Part shown: piece after piece, positions 42,370-52,875 of the stretch
Layout: the number at the start of each line of letters is the position of its first letter
Numbering within the stretch: the stretch's first letter is position 1
NCBI GenBank assembly: GCA_030429765.1
Contig: JAUIER010000002.1
Coordinates: forward strand, 130,239 to 194,238
DNA: 64,000 nucleotides
Origin: a bacterium
GTDB lineage: Bacteria; Omnitrophota; Gorgyraeia; Zapsychrales; Zapsychraceae
Direction of reading: 5' to 3'
The notes under the pieces: model-generated
The model's database searches: none
What the model was told of the DNA's origin: nothing
The model's input: only the letters and a program-made list of their open reading frames with translations
Made by a program: the position numbers and the translations under genes

Positions 42370-42996
42370 CTAGGCTTTATATCCTTGGTAAGGGACAATC
42401 GGTTCCTTGTCGGTTGGCTCGGCCGGTTCAGCCCCTTTTTCTGACTTATCGATGCGCTGCTTGAACGGCTTGGGATGTATCTTTCCCACATAGACGTTTA
42501 CATCTACGGCTTGATCTTCACCAATGGTGTTCTTGACTTGCTTTAAGACTTGACTCTGGACGCGGGCTGTGACTTCTGGGATGTTGAGGTCGGACTTGAG
42601 GACAAGAGGAACTTTAATATGAAGACCTTTGGACGTTGACATCATCACCGGTTTGACATCCTTAATCTCAATGAATTGCATCAGTGTCCGACGGATCATG
42701 TCTTCCATGGCAAATAAGGAGACCGTCACCCGTCCGTTGGGATTGTCGAATGCGATGATTTTGTCCCGTCGAGGATTGACGGAAATAAGACGCCAGAACA
42801 TGTAGTTGAAGACGATCAAGAGACCGCCGGCTGTTCCGGCCAGATACTTCAGATTTTCATCCCCGTAAATCAAATATCCTAAATTCACCAGGTAATGAAA
42901 ATATTTGACATCAATAGCCATCAGAATGACAAAAGCTCCGATGAACATCACAAATGTCAGATAAAACAAAACACTCAATCGGCGTAAGAATCCCAT
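42370..42996 (-). CDS. AmaP-like alkaline shock response membrane anchor protein
   Basis: Two N-terminal TM helices, G.VTVSL.A.ED, Asp23-like C-terminal domain; downstream of accC. Confidence 0.7.
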   Translation of the reverse strand: MGFLRRLSVLFYLTFVMFIGAFVILMAIDVKYFHYLVNLGYLIYGDENLKYLAGTAGGLLIVFNYMFWRLISVNPRRDKIIAFDNPNGRVTVSLFAMEDMIRRTLMQFIEIKDVKPVMMSTSKGLHIKVPLVLKSDLNIPEVTARVQSQVLKQVKNTIGEDQAVDVNVYVGKIHPKPFKQRIDKSEKGAEPAEPTDKEPIVPYQGYKA

Positions 42997-43117
42997 ATCT
43001 TTCTCCCCTCCACACAGACTGCAATCCGGCTGATGTGTGGCTTACTGATTATTTGTCGTATTCCGTTACACGATAGGTTCTAACGCAATATGTCGTATCC
43101 GCTGATTTCTTGTCGCA

Positions 43118-44473
43118 TTAAGTATCAATGTCCCGCCGGAAGGATTTCTCTAAGAAGTCTGTCGTCGCTTTTCCTTCCAGGAACACCTGATTCTTTAAAA
43201 TCTCTAGATGAAGGCCCGCCGTGGTCTTGATGGGACTGGCATAAAACTCCTGCAGGGCGCGCTTCATAATCTGAATGGCTTCGTCCCGGTCCCGTCCGTA
43301 AACGATCAGTTTTCCGACCATGGAATCATAGTAAGGACTAATCCTGTATCCGGGATAAATGTGCGTGTCGTTGCGGACCCCCGGTCCCCCCGGCAGGTTT
43401 AACTCCTCGATGGTCCCCGGCGATGGGATAAAATTATTGTCGGGATCCTCGGCGTTAATTCGGCACTCGATCGATGCGCCGGTGATCTTGACATCTTCCT
43501 GTCTGATCCGAAGCTTGTCACCGTTCGCGATATAGATCTGTTCCTTGATCAAATCCACACCCGTCACCATCTCGGTGACCGGATGCTCGACCTGAATACG
43601 CGTGTTCATCTCCATAAAATAAAATTCACCGGACTTGTCCAGCAGAAACTCGATCGTCCCCGCCCCCTCATAATCGCAGGCCTTGGCCGCTTTGACGGCC
43701 GCATCACCCATTCGTTTTCTTAGTTTAGGATCCAACGCCGGTGACGGAGCCTCCTCCAATAACTTCTGATGCCGTCGCTGAATACTGCAATCACGTTCTC
43801 CCAGATGGATCACGTTGCCATGACTGTCCGCCAGCACCTGAAACTCTACGTGACGCGGATCTTCAATATACTTTTCGATATACACATCGGGATTACCGAA
43901 ATTCGCCTCAGCTTCATTCTGGGCAATATTAAACGAGCTCGCCAGCGTGACATCATTGTGACACACACGCATCCCCTTGCCGCCACCGCCGGCCGAGGCC
44001 TTTACGATCACCGGATACTTGATCTTCTTCGCGACCTCCAGGGCCTCTTCCTTGCTCTTGATGACACCCTTGCCGCCCGGTGTTTGCGGAACGCCTGATT
44101 TCTGCATCGTGGCCTTGGCCGTAATTTTGTCCCCCATCATGCGAATGGTCTTGGGACTTGGTCCGATAAATTTGATCTGACACGATTCACAAATCTCGGC
44201 AAAATGTGCATTCTCGGCGAGAAATCCATAACCCGGATGAATCGCCTCAACGTCCGTCACTTCGGCCGCCGAGATAATCGCCGGAATATTGAGATAGCTG
44301 TCAGCACTGGCCGCGGGACCTATACAAACGGCCTCGTCGGCGAAACGTACATGCAGCGAATCACGGTCAGCTTCTGAATAAACCGCTACGGTCTGAATGT
44401 TAAGTTCACGGCACGCCCGGATGATTCTAAGGGCAATTTCTCCACGGTTGGCGATGAGAATTTTAGAAAACAT
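43118..44473 (-). CDS. accC: Acetyl-CoA carboxylase biotin carboxylase
   Basis: [39 protein letters not shown]. Confidence 0.98.
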   Translation of the reverse strand: MFSKILIANRGEIALRIIRACRELNIQTVAVYSEADRDSLHVRFADEAVCIGPAASADSYLNIPAIISAAEVTDVEAIHPGYGFLAENAHFAEICESCQIKFIGPSPKTIRMMGDKITAKATMQKSGVPQTPGGKGVIKSKEEALEVAKKIKYPVIVKASAGGGGKGMRVCHNDVTLASSFNIAQNEAEANFGNPDVYIEKYIEDPRHVEFQVLADSHGNVIHLGERDCSIQRRHQKLLEEAPSPALDPKLRKRMGDAAVKAAKACDYEGAGTIEFLLDKSGEFYFMEMNTRIQVEHPVTEMVTGVDLIKEQIYIANGDKLRIRQEDVKITGASIECRINAEDPDNNFIPSPGTIEELNLPGGPGVRNDTHIYPGYRISPYYDSMVGKLIVYGRDRDEAIQIMKRALQEFYASPIKTTAGLHLEILKNQVFLEGKATTDFLEKSFRRDIDT

Positions 44474-44487
44474 AGAGTTGGTTAGTA

Positions 44488-44940
44488 TTAAACTGGTTCA
44501 ACGGTAAATAGCGCCTGGCCAAACTCTACCGGCTGAGCGTTTTCAATCAGAACTTCGGAGATCTTGCCTCTGACTTCAGACTTAATCTCATTCATCAGCT
44601 TCATCGCTTCAACGATACAAACAACCTGTCCGACCTCAACGACCTGACCAGCCTCCACAAACGGCGGAGATTCCGGCGACGGAGAACGGTAAAAAGTTCC
44701 GACCATCGGAGATTTGATTTCATGGTTATTATTTCCGGATGATGTGGCGGGTGCATCCGTGCTGGGTTGGGAGGGTTGAACTTCTGTTCGAAAGACCGGC
44801 GGGGCCTGATGAACCACTTCGGCTATTTCGGCGGCTGACTTTTTAAGCTTGATCTTAGTTCCTTCTCGTTCGACTTCAATCTCGGCTAAATCGTTTTCGT
44901 TCATGAGATTGATCATTTCGCGAATCTCTTTTAAGTTCAT
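44488..44940 (-). CDS. accB: Biotin carboxyl carrier protein
   Basis: [17 protein letters not shown]. Confidence 0.97.
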   Translation of the reverse strand: MNLKEIREMINLMNENDLAEIEVEREGTKIKLKKSAAEIAEVVHQAPPVFRTEVQPSQPSTDAPATSSGNNNHEIKSPMVGTFYRSPSPESPPFVEAGQVVEVGQVVCIVEAMKLMNEIKSEVRGKISEVLIENAQPVEFGQALFTVEPV

Positions 44941-45503
44941 GTCTTGACCCTTTCGACATAAGTTCCGGTGCGAGTGTCTATCTTGACCTTATCGCCGATA
45001 TCGATAAACAATGGAACTTGAATTGTGGCCCCCGTATCAATTGTGGCGGGCTTGTTTCCGGCCTTGGATGTATCCCCTCTGAATCCCGGTTCGGTATGAG
45101 TGATTTCCGATATGATAAAAATCGGCAAATCCACTTTCAGGAGCTCGTCTTGATAAAACATTCCTGAGACTTCGACATTGTCCTGTAAAAAATTAACAGA
45201 ATCTCCGAGGAGATCCTTGGACACCACAACCTCTTCAAAGGTTGTATTGTCCATGAAGTGATAATTATCACCACTTTCGTATAAATTCTGCAGCTTACGC
45301 TCTTCGAGATCGGCTTCTTCAACTTTATCGGCCGGTTTAATCGTTCGGTCCAGCGTCTGCTGGGTCCGGACATTCTTGAGCTTGACCTTGGCAAAGGCCC
45401 CGCCCTTACCCGGCTTGACATGCTGACTATCGATAACGATAAAGATGTTGCCGTCGATGATTAATCCGATACCTGACTTGATTTGATTAATTGATATGCC
45501 CAC
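44937..45503 (-). CDS. efp: Elongation factor P
   Basis: HVKPGKGGAF, EPGFRGDT, VPLFI, DTRTG.Y. Confidence 0.97.
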   Translation of the reverse strand: MGISINQIKSGIGLIIDGNIFIVIDSQHVKPGKGGAFAKVKLKNVRTQQTLDRTIKPADKVEEADLEERKLQNLYESGDNYHFMDNTTFEEVVVSKDLLGDSVNFLQDNVEVSGMFYQDELLKVDLPIFIISEITHTEPGFRGDTSKAGNKPATIDTGATIQVPLFIDIGDKVKIDTRTGTYVERVKT

Positions 45504-46539
45504 TTATAACTTCATATCCTTTCTTTTTGACCAGGACCATCTCCTCAAGCCGAATTCCGAACTTGTGCGGAAAGTAAACCGCCGGCTCGATGGTGACAAG
45601 CATCCCCGCCCTGAGCGGCCTTCGAACCGTATGGTGAAGCTTCGGCCCTTCATGTATCTCCAGGCCAACCCCATGTCCGAGCGCATGGCCAAAATATTTG
45701 TCTAACTTTTTACTTTTCAGATAGTTACGAGCCGCCTCGTCGACGACAGCAATCTCAACTCCGTCCCGAATGCATTCAATCGCCCGACGCTGTGCCTCGG
45801 CCACATGATCCCTCGCATCCTTGACAAGATTGGATATTTTACCCAAAAAAAACATACGTGTCAAGTCGGTCTTGTACCCCTTAAAATCCACCCCCATATC
45901 CAGTAGGACAGGTTCATTATTCTTTATTTTTCTAGGACTTACGTGCGCGTGAGGATAACTGGAATTGGGGCCGGACGCCACGATTGGGGGGAAGGAAAAC
46001 CCCACATCCCGAAGCCTGGTAAACCCCTCCAACCGCTTCAAGATCTCGACCTCCGAAACGCCGGGTTTAATGAATTTTTTGATGTATTTCAGGGCCTGCT
46101 GATGGATGTCCAGGCCGGCCCGAACCAGGTTCAACTCGGTCGTCTCCTTGATTTCGCGTAACGACTCCACCAACTGATTGGCCGCGACCAATTTGACAGA
46201 CTTGGGACACCTTTGCTTGAGCCCCTTAAAGCGTGAAAGGGTCCAATGGCATTCATCATACCCCAGTGTCTTGACACTATGCTTGGCGGCCAACTCAAAG
46301 ACTGTATCAAAAATCGACACCGCATACTGAATAGCCTGAATACGCCGCAAAGATTTGCGGACCTCATGAATGTATCGGAAATCGGTAATGTAAAATGTTT
46401 TATTAGGCGTGACCAGCAGCCAGGACTCGCTGGCATTAATCCGGCTCAGGTAGGAGACGTTGATATCATCCGTCACAAGCAGTCCATCGATTTTCCTGAC
46501 GGCTAGTTGTTCCTGGAGTTTTTTGATTCGCGAATTCAT
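45487..46539 (-). CDS. Xaa-Pro peptidase (M24B)
   Basis: TDFRY, YPHA, DMG...TDLTR, HALGHGVGLEIHE, TIEP, GIRLEE. Confidence 0.92.
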   Translation of the reverse strand: MNSRIKKLQEQLAVRKIDGLLVTDDINVSYLSRINASESWLLVTPNKTFYITDFRYIHEVRKSLRRIQAIQYAVSIFDTVFELAAKHSVKTLGYDECHWTLSRFKGLKQRCPKSVKLVAANQLVESLREIKETTELNLVRAGLDIHQQALKYIKKFIKPGVSEVEILKRLEGFTRLRDVGFSFPPIVASGPNSSYPHAHVSPRKIKNNEPVLLDMGVDFKGYKTDLTRMFFLGKISNLVKDARDHVAEAQRRAIECIRDGVEIAVVDEAARNYLKSKKLDKYFGHALGHGVGLEIHEGPKLHHTVRRPLRAGMLVTIEPAVYFPHKFGIRLEEMVLVKKKGYEVISGHIN

Positions 46540-46579
46540 ATATGCTGAACGTCAATCAAACTTCGGCCGAGACCGAGGT

Positions 46580-47017
46580 TTAACTGATCAATTTGACAAT
46601 AGCGGTTAAGCCCAAATAATAACTGTTCACGCCAAACCCGCTAATCTGACCGTGGCAAACCGGCGCACTTAACGAGGTGTGGCGAAACTCCTCCCGGGCG
46701 TAAATATTGGACAAGTGCACCTCGACAGCCGGAATCTTCACCGCGGCAATAGCGTCCCGGATCGCCACACTGGTATGCGTGTAAGCAGCCGGATTGATCA
46801 AGATCCCCGAAGCACCGCTGTGGGAGACCGATCCGATCTTGTCGACAATCTCTCCCTCGTGATTGGACTGAAAGATATCCAGCTCAACCTGCAAATCCGC
46901 GGCCTGACGAGTTAACTGCTCGTTGATTTGGTCCAGGGATGTGTCTCCGTAGACATTTTCTTCACGCTGCCCCAGCAAATTAAGATTGGGACCATGAATA
47001 ACTAGAATCTTTTTCAA
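46580..47017 (-). CDS. aroQ: Type II 3-dehydroquinate dehydratase
   Basis: [36 protein letters not shown]. Confidence 0.97.
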   Translation of the reverse strand: MKKILVIHGPNLNLLGQREENVYGDTSLDQINEQLTRQAADLQVELDIFQSNHEGEIVDKIGSVSHSGASGILINPAAYTHTSVAIRDAIAAVKIPAVEVHLSNIYAREEFRHTSLSAPVCHGQISGFGVNSYYLGLTAIVKLIS

Positions 47018-47478
47018 GCCGAGCCCTCCGCCGGATTACCTTGCTCTTCAGCCTTGAGAATCTCTATAAATTTCATCTGCAACTCGTATATTGATGCGCC
47101 CAGCAAATTATCTTCCTGTTCGGATAGATTCCCCTTGGTCTTGTCCTTGATCATGATCAACGTGTCGATCAAAAACTTGGCCTGGTCGAGATTCTTTTCT
47201 TGTTTTTGTGTAACAGGATTAGGCATTTCACCGAGGAAAATCAGGGTTTGAAATCCCAGACTGGTGATGTAATTGATGAAATTGACTTCATATCCGTCGG
47301 GAGCGGCGGATTCACCCGATCCATCCGCCTGCGGCGCATTGTCCTCTTCAGACTTAATCGAATCCGGGATATGCAGCCCCGGACCATCCTCAGATTTGGG
47401 CGAATTTTCGCCAATTATAATCTTTTCCTGATTCGCACTTTCCTTCCAGGACTCGTCTACATGTTTTTCGTTTTCCAT
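47014..47478 (-). CDS. DUF1844-type protein
   Basis: VDESWK, LG.MPNP......[12 protein letters not shown]....KTKGNL...E. Confidence 0.8.
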   Translation of the reverse strand: MENEKHVDESWKESANQEKIIIGENSPKSEDGPGLHIPDSIKSEEDNAPQADGSGESAAPDGYEVNFINYITSLGFQTLIFLGEMPNPVTQKQEKNLDQAKFLIDTLIMIKDKTKGNLSEQEDNLLGASIYELQMKFIEILKAEEQGNPAEGSA

Positions 47479-47579
47479 ATTGCCTCTTTATCGTTCAACA
47501 CGGTTTGCATAAGATTAAGGGTTTAGAATATCACTTAAGGTCAGTATTGTCAATGAATTGCGGCTCGACGATAAACCGG

Positions 47580-48290
47580 TTATTGCTCGGCGTTGAACTC
47601 GGTCACCTTAAAAGATATGCCAATACTGAAAGTTAATTCCGGATAGCTTAATCCTTTGGGAAAATTGGTGAATGGCGCGGACTCCTTGACACTGCGAATC
47701 CCGACTTGACGTAAATATTCGCTCGCCTTGGTCTTTTCTTCGATGATCTGGACCTTTTGTAGACCTCCCGATGAATTCAGGACAAACGTGATATAGACCT
47801 GGCCTTCCTCCAGGACATCGGGATCAATATTCTCAAAGGCTTTACGCCGGATCCGCTGAAGGGTTGTCTCACTGTAGCTCACATAATTCGGATTGGTGAT
47901 CTTTTCGGAGCGGAATAAATCCACCGACATCTTACGGTCCAGATCCAGCGTCTTGATCTTGGGTGTCAATTTCTTATCCAGCGAAACCTTCTTGGCAAAC
48001 TTCGAAATATCTTTGACCTCTTTGTCAAAGACGGCGAACTGCTCTTGTGAACGCTTTAACAGCTTGATGTTTTTGGGCTTCACAACCTTTTTTTCCTTGA
48101 TAACTTCGGCCTTGGGTGGCGGTGTCGGTTCCTTCTTCGTCGAAGCTGATTTAACCCGTTGGTAGGTCACCTCCAGTGTCTGACTGCGCTTGGGCGTGGG
48201 AACAGCCGGATTGGCCGCCATATTACGAATCACCGCCAAATGCACGACACAGGACAGAAAAAAGCCGAAGTAAAATAATCTGTCTTTCAT
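47580..48290 (-). CDS. TonB/TolA-like C-terminal domain protein
   Basis: N-terminal TM with SxxxH, Lys/Pro linker, G.V..TFVLNSSG...SAPF..FP. Confidence 0.7.
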   Translation of the reverse strand: MKDRLFYFGFFLSCVVHLAVIRNMAANPAVPTPKRSQTLEVTYQRVKSASTKKEPTPPPKAEVIKEKKVVKPKNIKLLKRSQEQFAVFDKEVKDISKFAKKVSLDKKLTPKIKTLDLDRKMSVDLFRSEKITNPNYVSYSETTLQRIRRKAFENIDPDVLEEGQVYITFVLNSSGGLQKVQIIEEKTKASEYLRQVGIRSVKESAPFTNFPKGLSYPELTFSIGISFKVTEFNAEQ

Positions 48291-48952
48291 GGGTCGTTAG
48301 AATCCTTGGATATCCAGCCGTGCTGCCCGTACAGCGGGACGAATACGCATCCGCCAGCCTCAAGCCTTTGGACGCCTCCATCGGTTTTTTTATAGATCAT
48401 TAAATGCTGACTGGTCAATCCGCCCTCAGGGATCACCATCCGTCCGCCCGGACCGAGCTGATCCAACAGAACTTCTTGAGTACGGGGCGCTCCGGCCGCC
48501 ACCAGGATCGCTTGAAAACTGATACCTGAATCCGGCCAACCCAATGTCCCGTCCCCACAGATGAGGCTAACATTCTTATAGCAAAGATTGTCGAGTCTGT
48601 CTCGGGCTCTTTGAAATAATTCGGGAATACGCTCAATTCCGTACACATGCTCACATAATTCCGCCAGAATGGCCGTCTGGTACCCGGATCCGACACCAAT
48701 CTCGAGCACATGATCTTGAGGCTTTAGGTCCAGATACTCGGTCATGAGGGCGACCATGTACGGCTGAGAAATCGTCTGACCGTGTCCGATCTGCAGCGGG
48801 TGATCTTCGTAGGCATGATCACGATCTTTGGAATCAACAAATAAGTGCCGTTCGACCGCGCTCATGGCCTTCAGGACCCGAAGATTGCGAATTCCGCGCC
48901 GGACCAGCTGATCTCTCACCATCATTAAACGCTGTTCGGTGAAAGATTTCAT
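48287..48952 (-). CDS. pcm: Protein-L-isoaspartate O-methyltransferase
   Basis: RHLFV, GQTISQPYMVA, LEIGVGSGYQ, GDGTLGW, FVPL; start reset to MKSF. Confidence 0.95.
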   Translation of the reverse strand: MKSFTEQRLMMVRDQLVRRGIRNLRVLKAMSAVERHLFVDSKDRDHAYEDHPLQIGHGQTISQPYMVALMTEYLDLKPQDHVLEIGVGSGYQTAILAELCEHVYGIERIPELFQRARDRLDNLCYKNVSLICGDGTLGWPDSGISFQAILVAAGAPRTQEVLLDQLGPGGRMVIPEGGLTSQHLMIYKKTDGGVQRLEAGGCVFVPLYGQHGWISKDSNDP

Positions 48953-48953
48953 A

Positions 48954-49622
48954 CTATTTTCGTGAAAAAATTTCCTTGAGAAGGTAGGAGAAAAACCGGA
49001 TCGTGTCGCGGACCGGATTGATATGACTGGTCTCTTCACCATAGATGGTTTGGACCGGGACTGAAAAAATTTTGTAACCGTTCTTTGAACTTTTGATCAG
49101 GATTTCAGATTCAATTTCGTAGCATCCGCTGGTGAGTTTAAGATTTTTTAAAACATCCGCTCCGATGAACCGGTAGCCACATTGCGAGTCGCGAACTTTC
49201 TGACAACAGACGCCGGAAATCAACCAGGACATAAAACGGTTGGTCCAACGTCGGACAAAGGGCATTTTCTGGGCCCCATCCATGCGGTTGCCGTTAATCA
49301 CGGTATCTCGCGCTAAATTAGGTGAATTAAAAAAACGATCGAGGTCACTGATGGCATGCTGTCCGTCGCCGTCCATCGTGATCACACCATCAAAATTCTC
49401 CTGAACAAAATATTGAAACCCTTTTTGCAGGCTGAAGCCCTTGCCTTGATTGACCTCATTACGGATGACCGTCGCTCCATTTTCTCTGGCAATAGCACCG
49501 CTGTTATCCGTCGAACCGTCATCAATCACCAGCACGAATAAATCCCTCTCGCGCAGCCGGGCTACCAGATCGCCAATGGCCTTGGCCTCATTCAGGATCG
49601 GGACGAGAATGCCGACCTTCAT
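48954..49622 (-). CDS. GT2 glycosyltransferase (DPM synthase-like)
   Basis: DDGSTD, NQGKG, MDGDGQH, DSQCGYR. Confidence 0.9.
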   Translation of the reverse strand: MKVGILVPILNEAKAIGDLVARLRERDLFVLVIDDGSTDNSGAIARENGATVIRNEVNQGKGFSLQKGFQYFVQENFDGVITMDGDGQHAISDLDRFFNSPNLARDTVINGNRMDGAQKMPFVRRWTNRFMSWLISGVCCQKVRDSQCGYRFIGADVLKNLKLTSGCYEIESEILIKSSKNGYKIFSVPVQTIYGEETSHINPVRDTIRFFSYLLKEIFSRK

Positions 49623-49861
49623 GCGCCGGAGGCCTCCATAATCACCAAAGGCGCACCGATGGGCGCTTTGTCACCCTCCTTAAAGCAAAGCCGGCTAATT
49701 TTACCTGCTTGATCGGCCGGAACATTAAACGTCGCTTTATCCGTCACGACTTCCACCACATCTTCGTCAGCCTGGACCGAATCTCCCTCGGCAAAATGAT
49801 AGCAGGCGATCGTCGCCTCCTCAATGCCCTCGCCTAGCTCGGGCAAACAAATTTCTAACAT
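49619..49861 (-). CDS. Stand-alone lipoyl domain protein
   Basis: LPELGEGI, EVVTDKAT (lipoyl-Lys), EGD..PIG. Confidence 0.88.
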   Translation of the reverse strand: MLEICLPELGEGIEEATIACYHFAEGDSVQADEDVVEVVTDKATFNVPADQAGKISRLCFKEGDKAPIGAPLVIMEASGA

Positions 49862-49864
49862 GGT

Positions 49865-50512
49865 TCACTCCTCACGTGATTGAAACACCCTCTGAAAATG
49901 GTGTACAAATTTAGCCTTTACCTGGTCCATTTCGACCGATCTCCCTATTATATGGGAAATGGACGTCATTTCAACGTTTAAACCGCAGGGCTGGATATAC
50001 GAAAACAGGTTCAAATCTGTATTCACATTGATCCCTACGCCATGAAAACACACCCAACGCTTCACCCCAATCCCCATGGAAACGGCTTTTCTGTTGTCAA
50101 CCCAAACCCCGGTTTGACCGGGTTCACGACGCCCTACAATGCCGAAATCGGCCAACAATGCGATCACAATATCCTCGAGACATCTCAAGTACCAATGCAA
50201 ATCCCGCCGGTAGGCCGTTAGATTGAAAATCGGATAGACCACCAACTGACCCGGCGCATGAAGGGTAATATCTCCGCCGCGATCAATATATTCAATGTCG
50301 ATTCCCCTGGCATTAAGCTCCATTTTTGAAAACAGGATGTGCTCTTCCTTGGCCATGCGTCCCATTGTAATCACCGGCGGATGTTCGCACAAAAGAATGC
50401 GGGAATCCCCGCCATCCATGACCTCCTTAACCACCTGCTTCTGCAGCTGATAGGCCTCCTGATACGCGATCAATCCCAAGTCCTGAATCTTAAAATTCGT
50501 CACTGATGACAT
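49865..50512 (-). CDS. lipB: Lipoyl(octanoyl) transferase
   Basis: CEHPPVITMG, RGGDITLHAPGQLVVYP, HGVGIN, PCG; start reset to MSSV below the pilT terminator. Confidence 0.93.
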   Translation of the reverse strand: MSSVTNFKIQDLGLIAYQEAYQLQKQVVKEVMDGGDSRILLCEHPPVITMGRMAKEEHILFSKMELNARGIDIEYIDRGGDITLHAPGQLVVYPIFNLTAYRRDLHWYLRCLEDIVIALLADFGIVGRREPGQTGVWVDNRKAVSMGIGVKRWVCFHGVGINVNTDLNLFSYIQPCGLNVEMTSISHIIGRSVEMDQVKAKFVHHFQRVFQSREE

Positions 50513-50522
50513 TCTAAATTCC

Positions 50523-50561
50523 AAAAAATGAACCCCGCCCATGATCCATGAACGGGGTTCA
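50523..50561 (-). terminator. Rho-independent terminator after pilT
   Basis: TGAACCCCG...CGGGGTTCA stem followed by a T tract on the minus strand. Confidence 0.75.
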
Positions 50562-50593
50562 GATTATTTTTAACTCGATTAATTCAAATATAT

Positions 50594-51661
50594 TTATCGT
50601 TCTTCACGTCGACGTAAGAGCTGCTCAAATTCCTCAAGGTTCTTGACCTGCATGATGGCATCCTCATACGTAATCAATCCTTGTTCGTACAGCAGCTTCA
50701 AGGACATGTCCATCGTGTGCATGCCGTATTGAACGCCGGTCTGGATTGACGTCGGGATCTGCTCGACCGCTTTTTCGCGGATTAGGTTTCGAACCGCAGG
50801 AGTCGCCACCAAAACCTCGGAGGCCATTACCCGTCCCTGTCCGGACGCTCGCGGCAACAACGTTTGAGATACAACCCCTTGCAGCGCCGCTGATAACTGC
50901 AGTCGAACCTGTTGCTGCTGATGCGCGGGAAAAACGTCAATGACACGCTCAATGGTTTGAGCCGTATCGGGCGTGTGCAGTGTGGCTAATACAAGGTGAC
51001 CGGTTTCCGCCGCCGTTAAGGCCGTAGAAATTGTCTCCAGGTCCCGCATCTCCCCGACGACAATTACGTCAGGATCCTGACGTAAACAGCGCTTAAGCGC
51101 TTCGGAGAACGAGTTGGTATCACTATAGACTTCGCGTTGTTTGATAACCGCCTTGTTATTCTTGTGCACATATTCGATCGGGTCTTCGATACAAATCATC
51201 ATACACGCTCGTTCGGAATTGATGATATTGACCATCGACGCCAACGTCGTTGTCTTCCCGGATCCGGTTGGACCGGTAATCAAAACCAAGCCGCTGGGCT
51301 TACGGGCAAAATCCAATACGGCCGGCGGCAATCCCAAATCCTCAATCGACGGGATAAAGTGCGGAATACGACGCAAGGCCGCCTCAACTGATCCTTTTTG
51401 AATGTGTACATTGACACGAAAGCGGTCTAGCCCTTCCATGGACAACGAAAAATCCAGCTCTCGATCACGTTCAAACATTTCTTTTTGAACGTCGGTCAGG
51501 ATTCCATAAATAGCTTTTTTGAGTTCTTCTTTGGGAAGTGGCGGTTTGTCGATGAGCATGAGTTTACCATCAACACGTAAAATCGGAGAGCTGTTTTCCG
51601 TTAAATGAAGATCGGACGCCTTACGATCTATACACAGCTTGAGAAGTTCTTTTAGATCCAA
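50594..51661 (-). CDS. pilT: Type IV pilus retraction ATPase PilT/PilU family
   Basis: ASDLHL, GPTGSGKTT, EDPIEY, LRQDPDVI.VGEMRD, AETGHLV.ATLHT, AVRNLIRE. Confidence 0.93.
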   Translation of the reverse strand: MDLKELLKLCIDRKASDLHLTENSSPILRVDGKLMLIDKPPLPKEELKKAIYGILTDVQKEMFERDRELDFSLSMEGLDRFRVNVHIQKGSVEAALRRIPHFIPSIEDLGLPPAVLDFARKPSGLVLITGPTGSGKTTTLASMVNIINSERACMMICIEDPIEYVHKNNKAVIKQREVYSDTNSFSEALKRCLRQDPDVIVVGEMRDLETISTALTAAETGHLVLATLHTPDTAQTIERVIDVFPAHQQQQVRLQLSAALQGVVSQTLLPRASGQGRVMASEVLVATPAVRNLIREKAVEQIPTSIQTGVQYGMHTMDMSLKLLYEQGLITYEDAIMQVKNLEEFEQLLRRREER

Positions 51662-51694
51662 GGAAAACTCCTAAGTTAGGGGGTGAAGTTGTTG

Positions 51695-52873
51695 TTAGGA
51701 ATTGTTATTTATCCACTGCGCAATTCGTTTGACGCCCTCTTCGATTCGTTCGTTCGAAGTGGCGTAACTCAAGCGCATGTAGCCAGGAGCGCCGAATCCT
51801 TCACCAGGGATAATCGCAACATTAACGTCTTCAATGATTCGTTGGGCAACTTCAAAAGACTCACCAAGTTTGGAGAAATCGCAGAAGAGATAGAACGCGC
51901 CTTGGGGTCTAATATAGCTAACTTCAGGTATGCTGTCAAACAAAGATGTGATTAATTCCCGTCGTTGCTTGAAAATATCGCGCATGGCCTGAACTTTTTC
52001 CTTGGGTTCATTCAACGCCGCGAGGGCCGCGGCTTGACTGATCGAGCACGGATTAGATGTCGAATGATCCTGGAGTTTCTTGACATAACCCATAACCTCC
52101 GCGTTTCCGGCCGCGTATCCGATCCGCCATCCGGTCATCGAATAAGCCTTAGAAACTCCATTCACGGTAAAGGTTAGGTCATAAATGTCTGAATTCAGCG
52201 AGGCAATTGAGGTGTAGTCATCCGTGTCGTATATCAGTTTCTCATAGATCTCATCGCTGATAACATAAATGTTGTTTTTGACGCACACATCCGCCAACGC
52301 CTGCAGCTCATCCCGGGAATATAACATTCCGGTCGGATTTGATGGCGATGCCAAGATCAGGATTCGCGTCTTGGCTGATAGGTTCGCGGCAAGCTGCTCG
52401 GCTGTTAGCTTAAAATTATCAGCGGCGGTGGTCTCAACAAATTTGGGTGTACCGCCGGCAATCTTCACCATTTCCGGATAACTGACCCAATAGGGCGTCG
52501 GAATAATGACTTCATCACCTTGGTCGATTAGAACTTGAATGAGATTGAAAATAGAATGCTTGGCCCCGCAACTGACAACGATTTGTCCGGGTGTATAATC
52601 TAACCCGTTATCGACTTTGAACTTGTCGACAATTTTATCGCGTAGCTGAGGCGTGCCAATGCTGGGGGTGTATTTGGTCTGACCATTTTCGATGGCCGCA
52701 ATAGCTGCCTGCTTAATCGAATCGGGAGTGTCAAAGTCCGGCTCACCACCGGCAAAATTAACAACGTCTTTGCCCTGTGAGCGGAGCTCCTTGGCCTTCG
52801 CGGTAATCGCAAGTGTTGACGAACCCAACACCTGCTGAATGCGACTGTTAATCTTCAGCGACACCGTATCCAT
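51695..52873 (-). CDS. Class I PLP-dependent aminotransferase (aspartate aminotransferase-like)
   Basis: GEPDF, SPSNPTG, SDEIY, SKAYSMTGWRIG. Confidence 0.93.
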   Translation of the reverse strand: MDTVSLKINSRIQQVLGSSTLAITAKAKELRSQGKDVVNFAGGEPDFDTPDSIKQAAIAAIENGQTKYTPSIGTPQLRDKIVDKFKVDNGLDYTPGQIVVSCGAKHSIFNLIQVLIDQGDEVIIPTPYWVSYPEMVKIAGGTPKFVETTAADNFKLTAEQLAANLSAKTRILILASPSNPTGMLYSRDELQALADVCVKNNIYVISDEIYEKLIYDTDDYTSIASLNSDIYDLTFTVNGVSKAYSMTGWRIGYAAGNAEVMGYVKKLQDHSTSNPCSISQAAALAALNEPKEKVQAMRDIFKQRRELITSLFDSIPEVSYIRPQGAFYLFCDFSKLGESFEVAQRIIEDVNVAIIPGEGFGAPGYMRLSYATSNERIEEGVKRIAQWINNNS

Positions 52874-52875
52874 TC

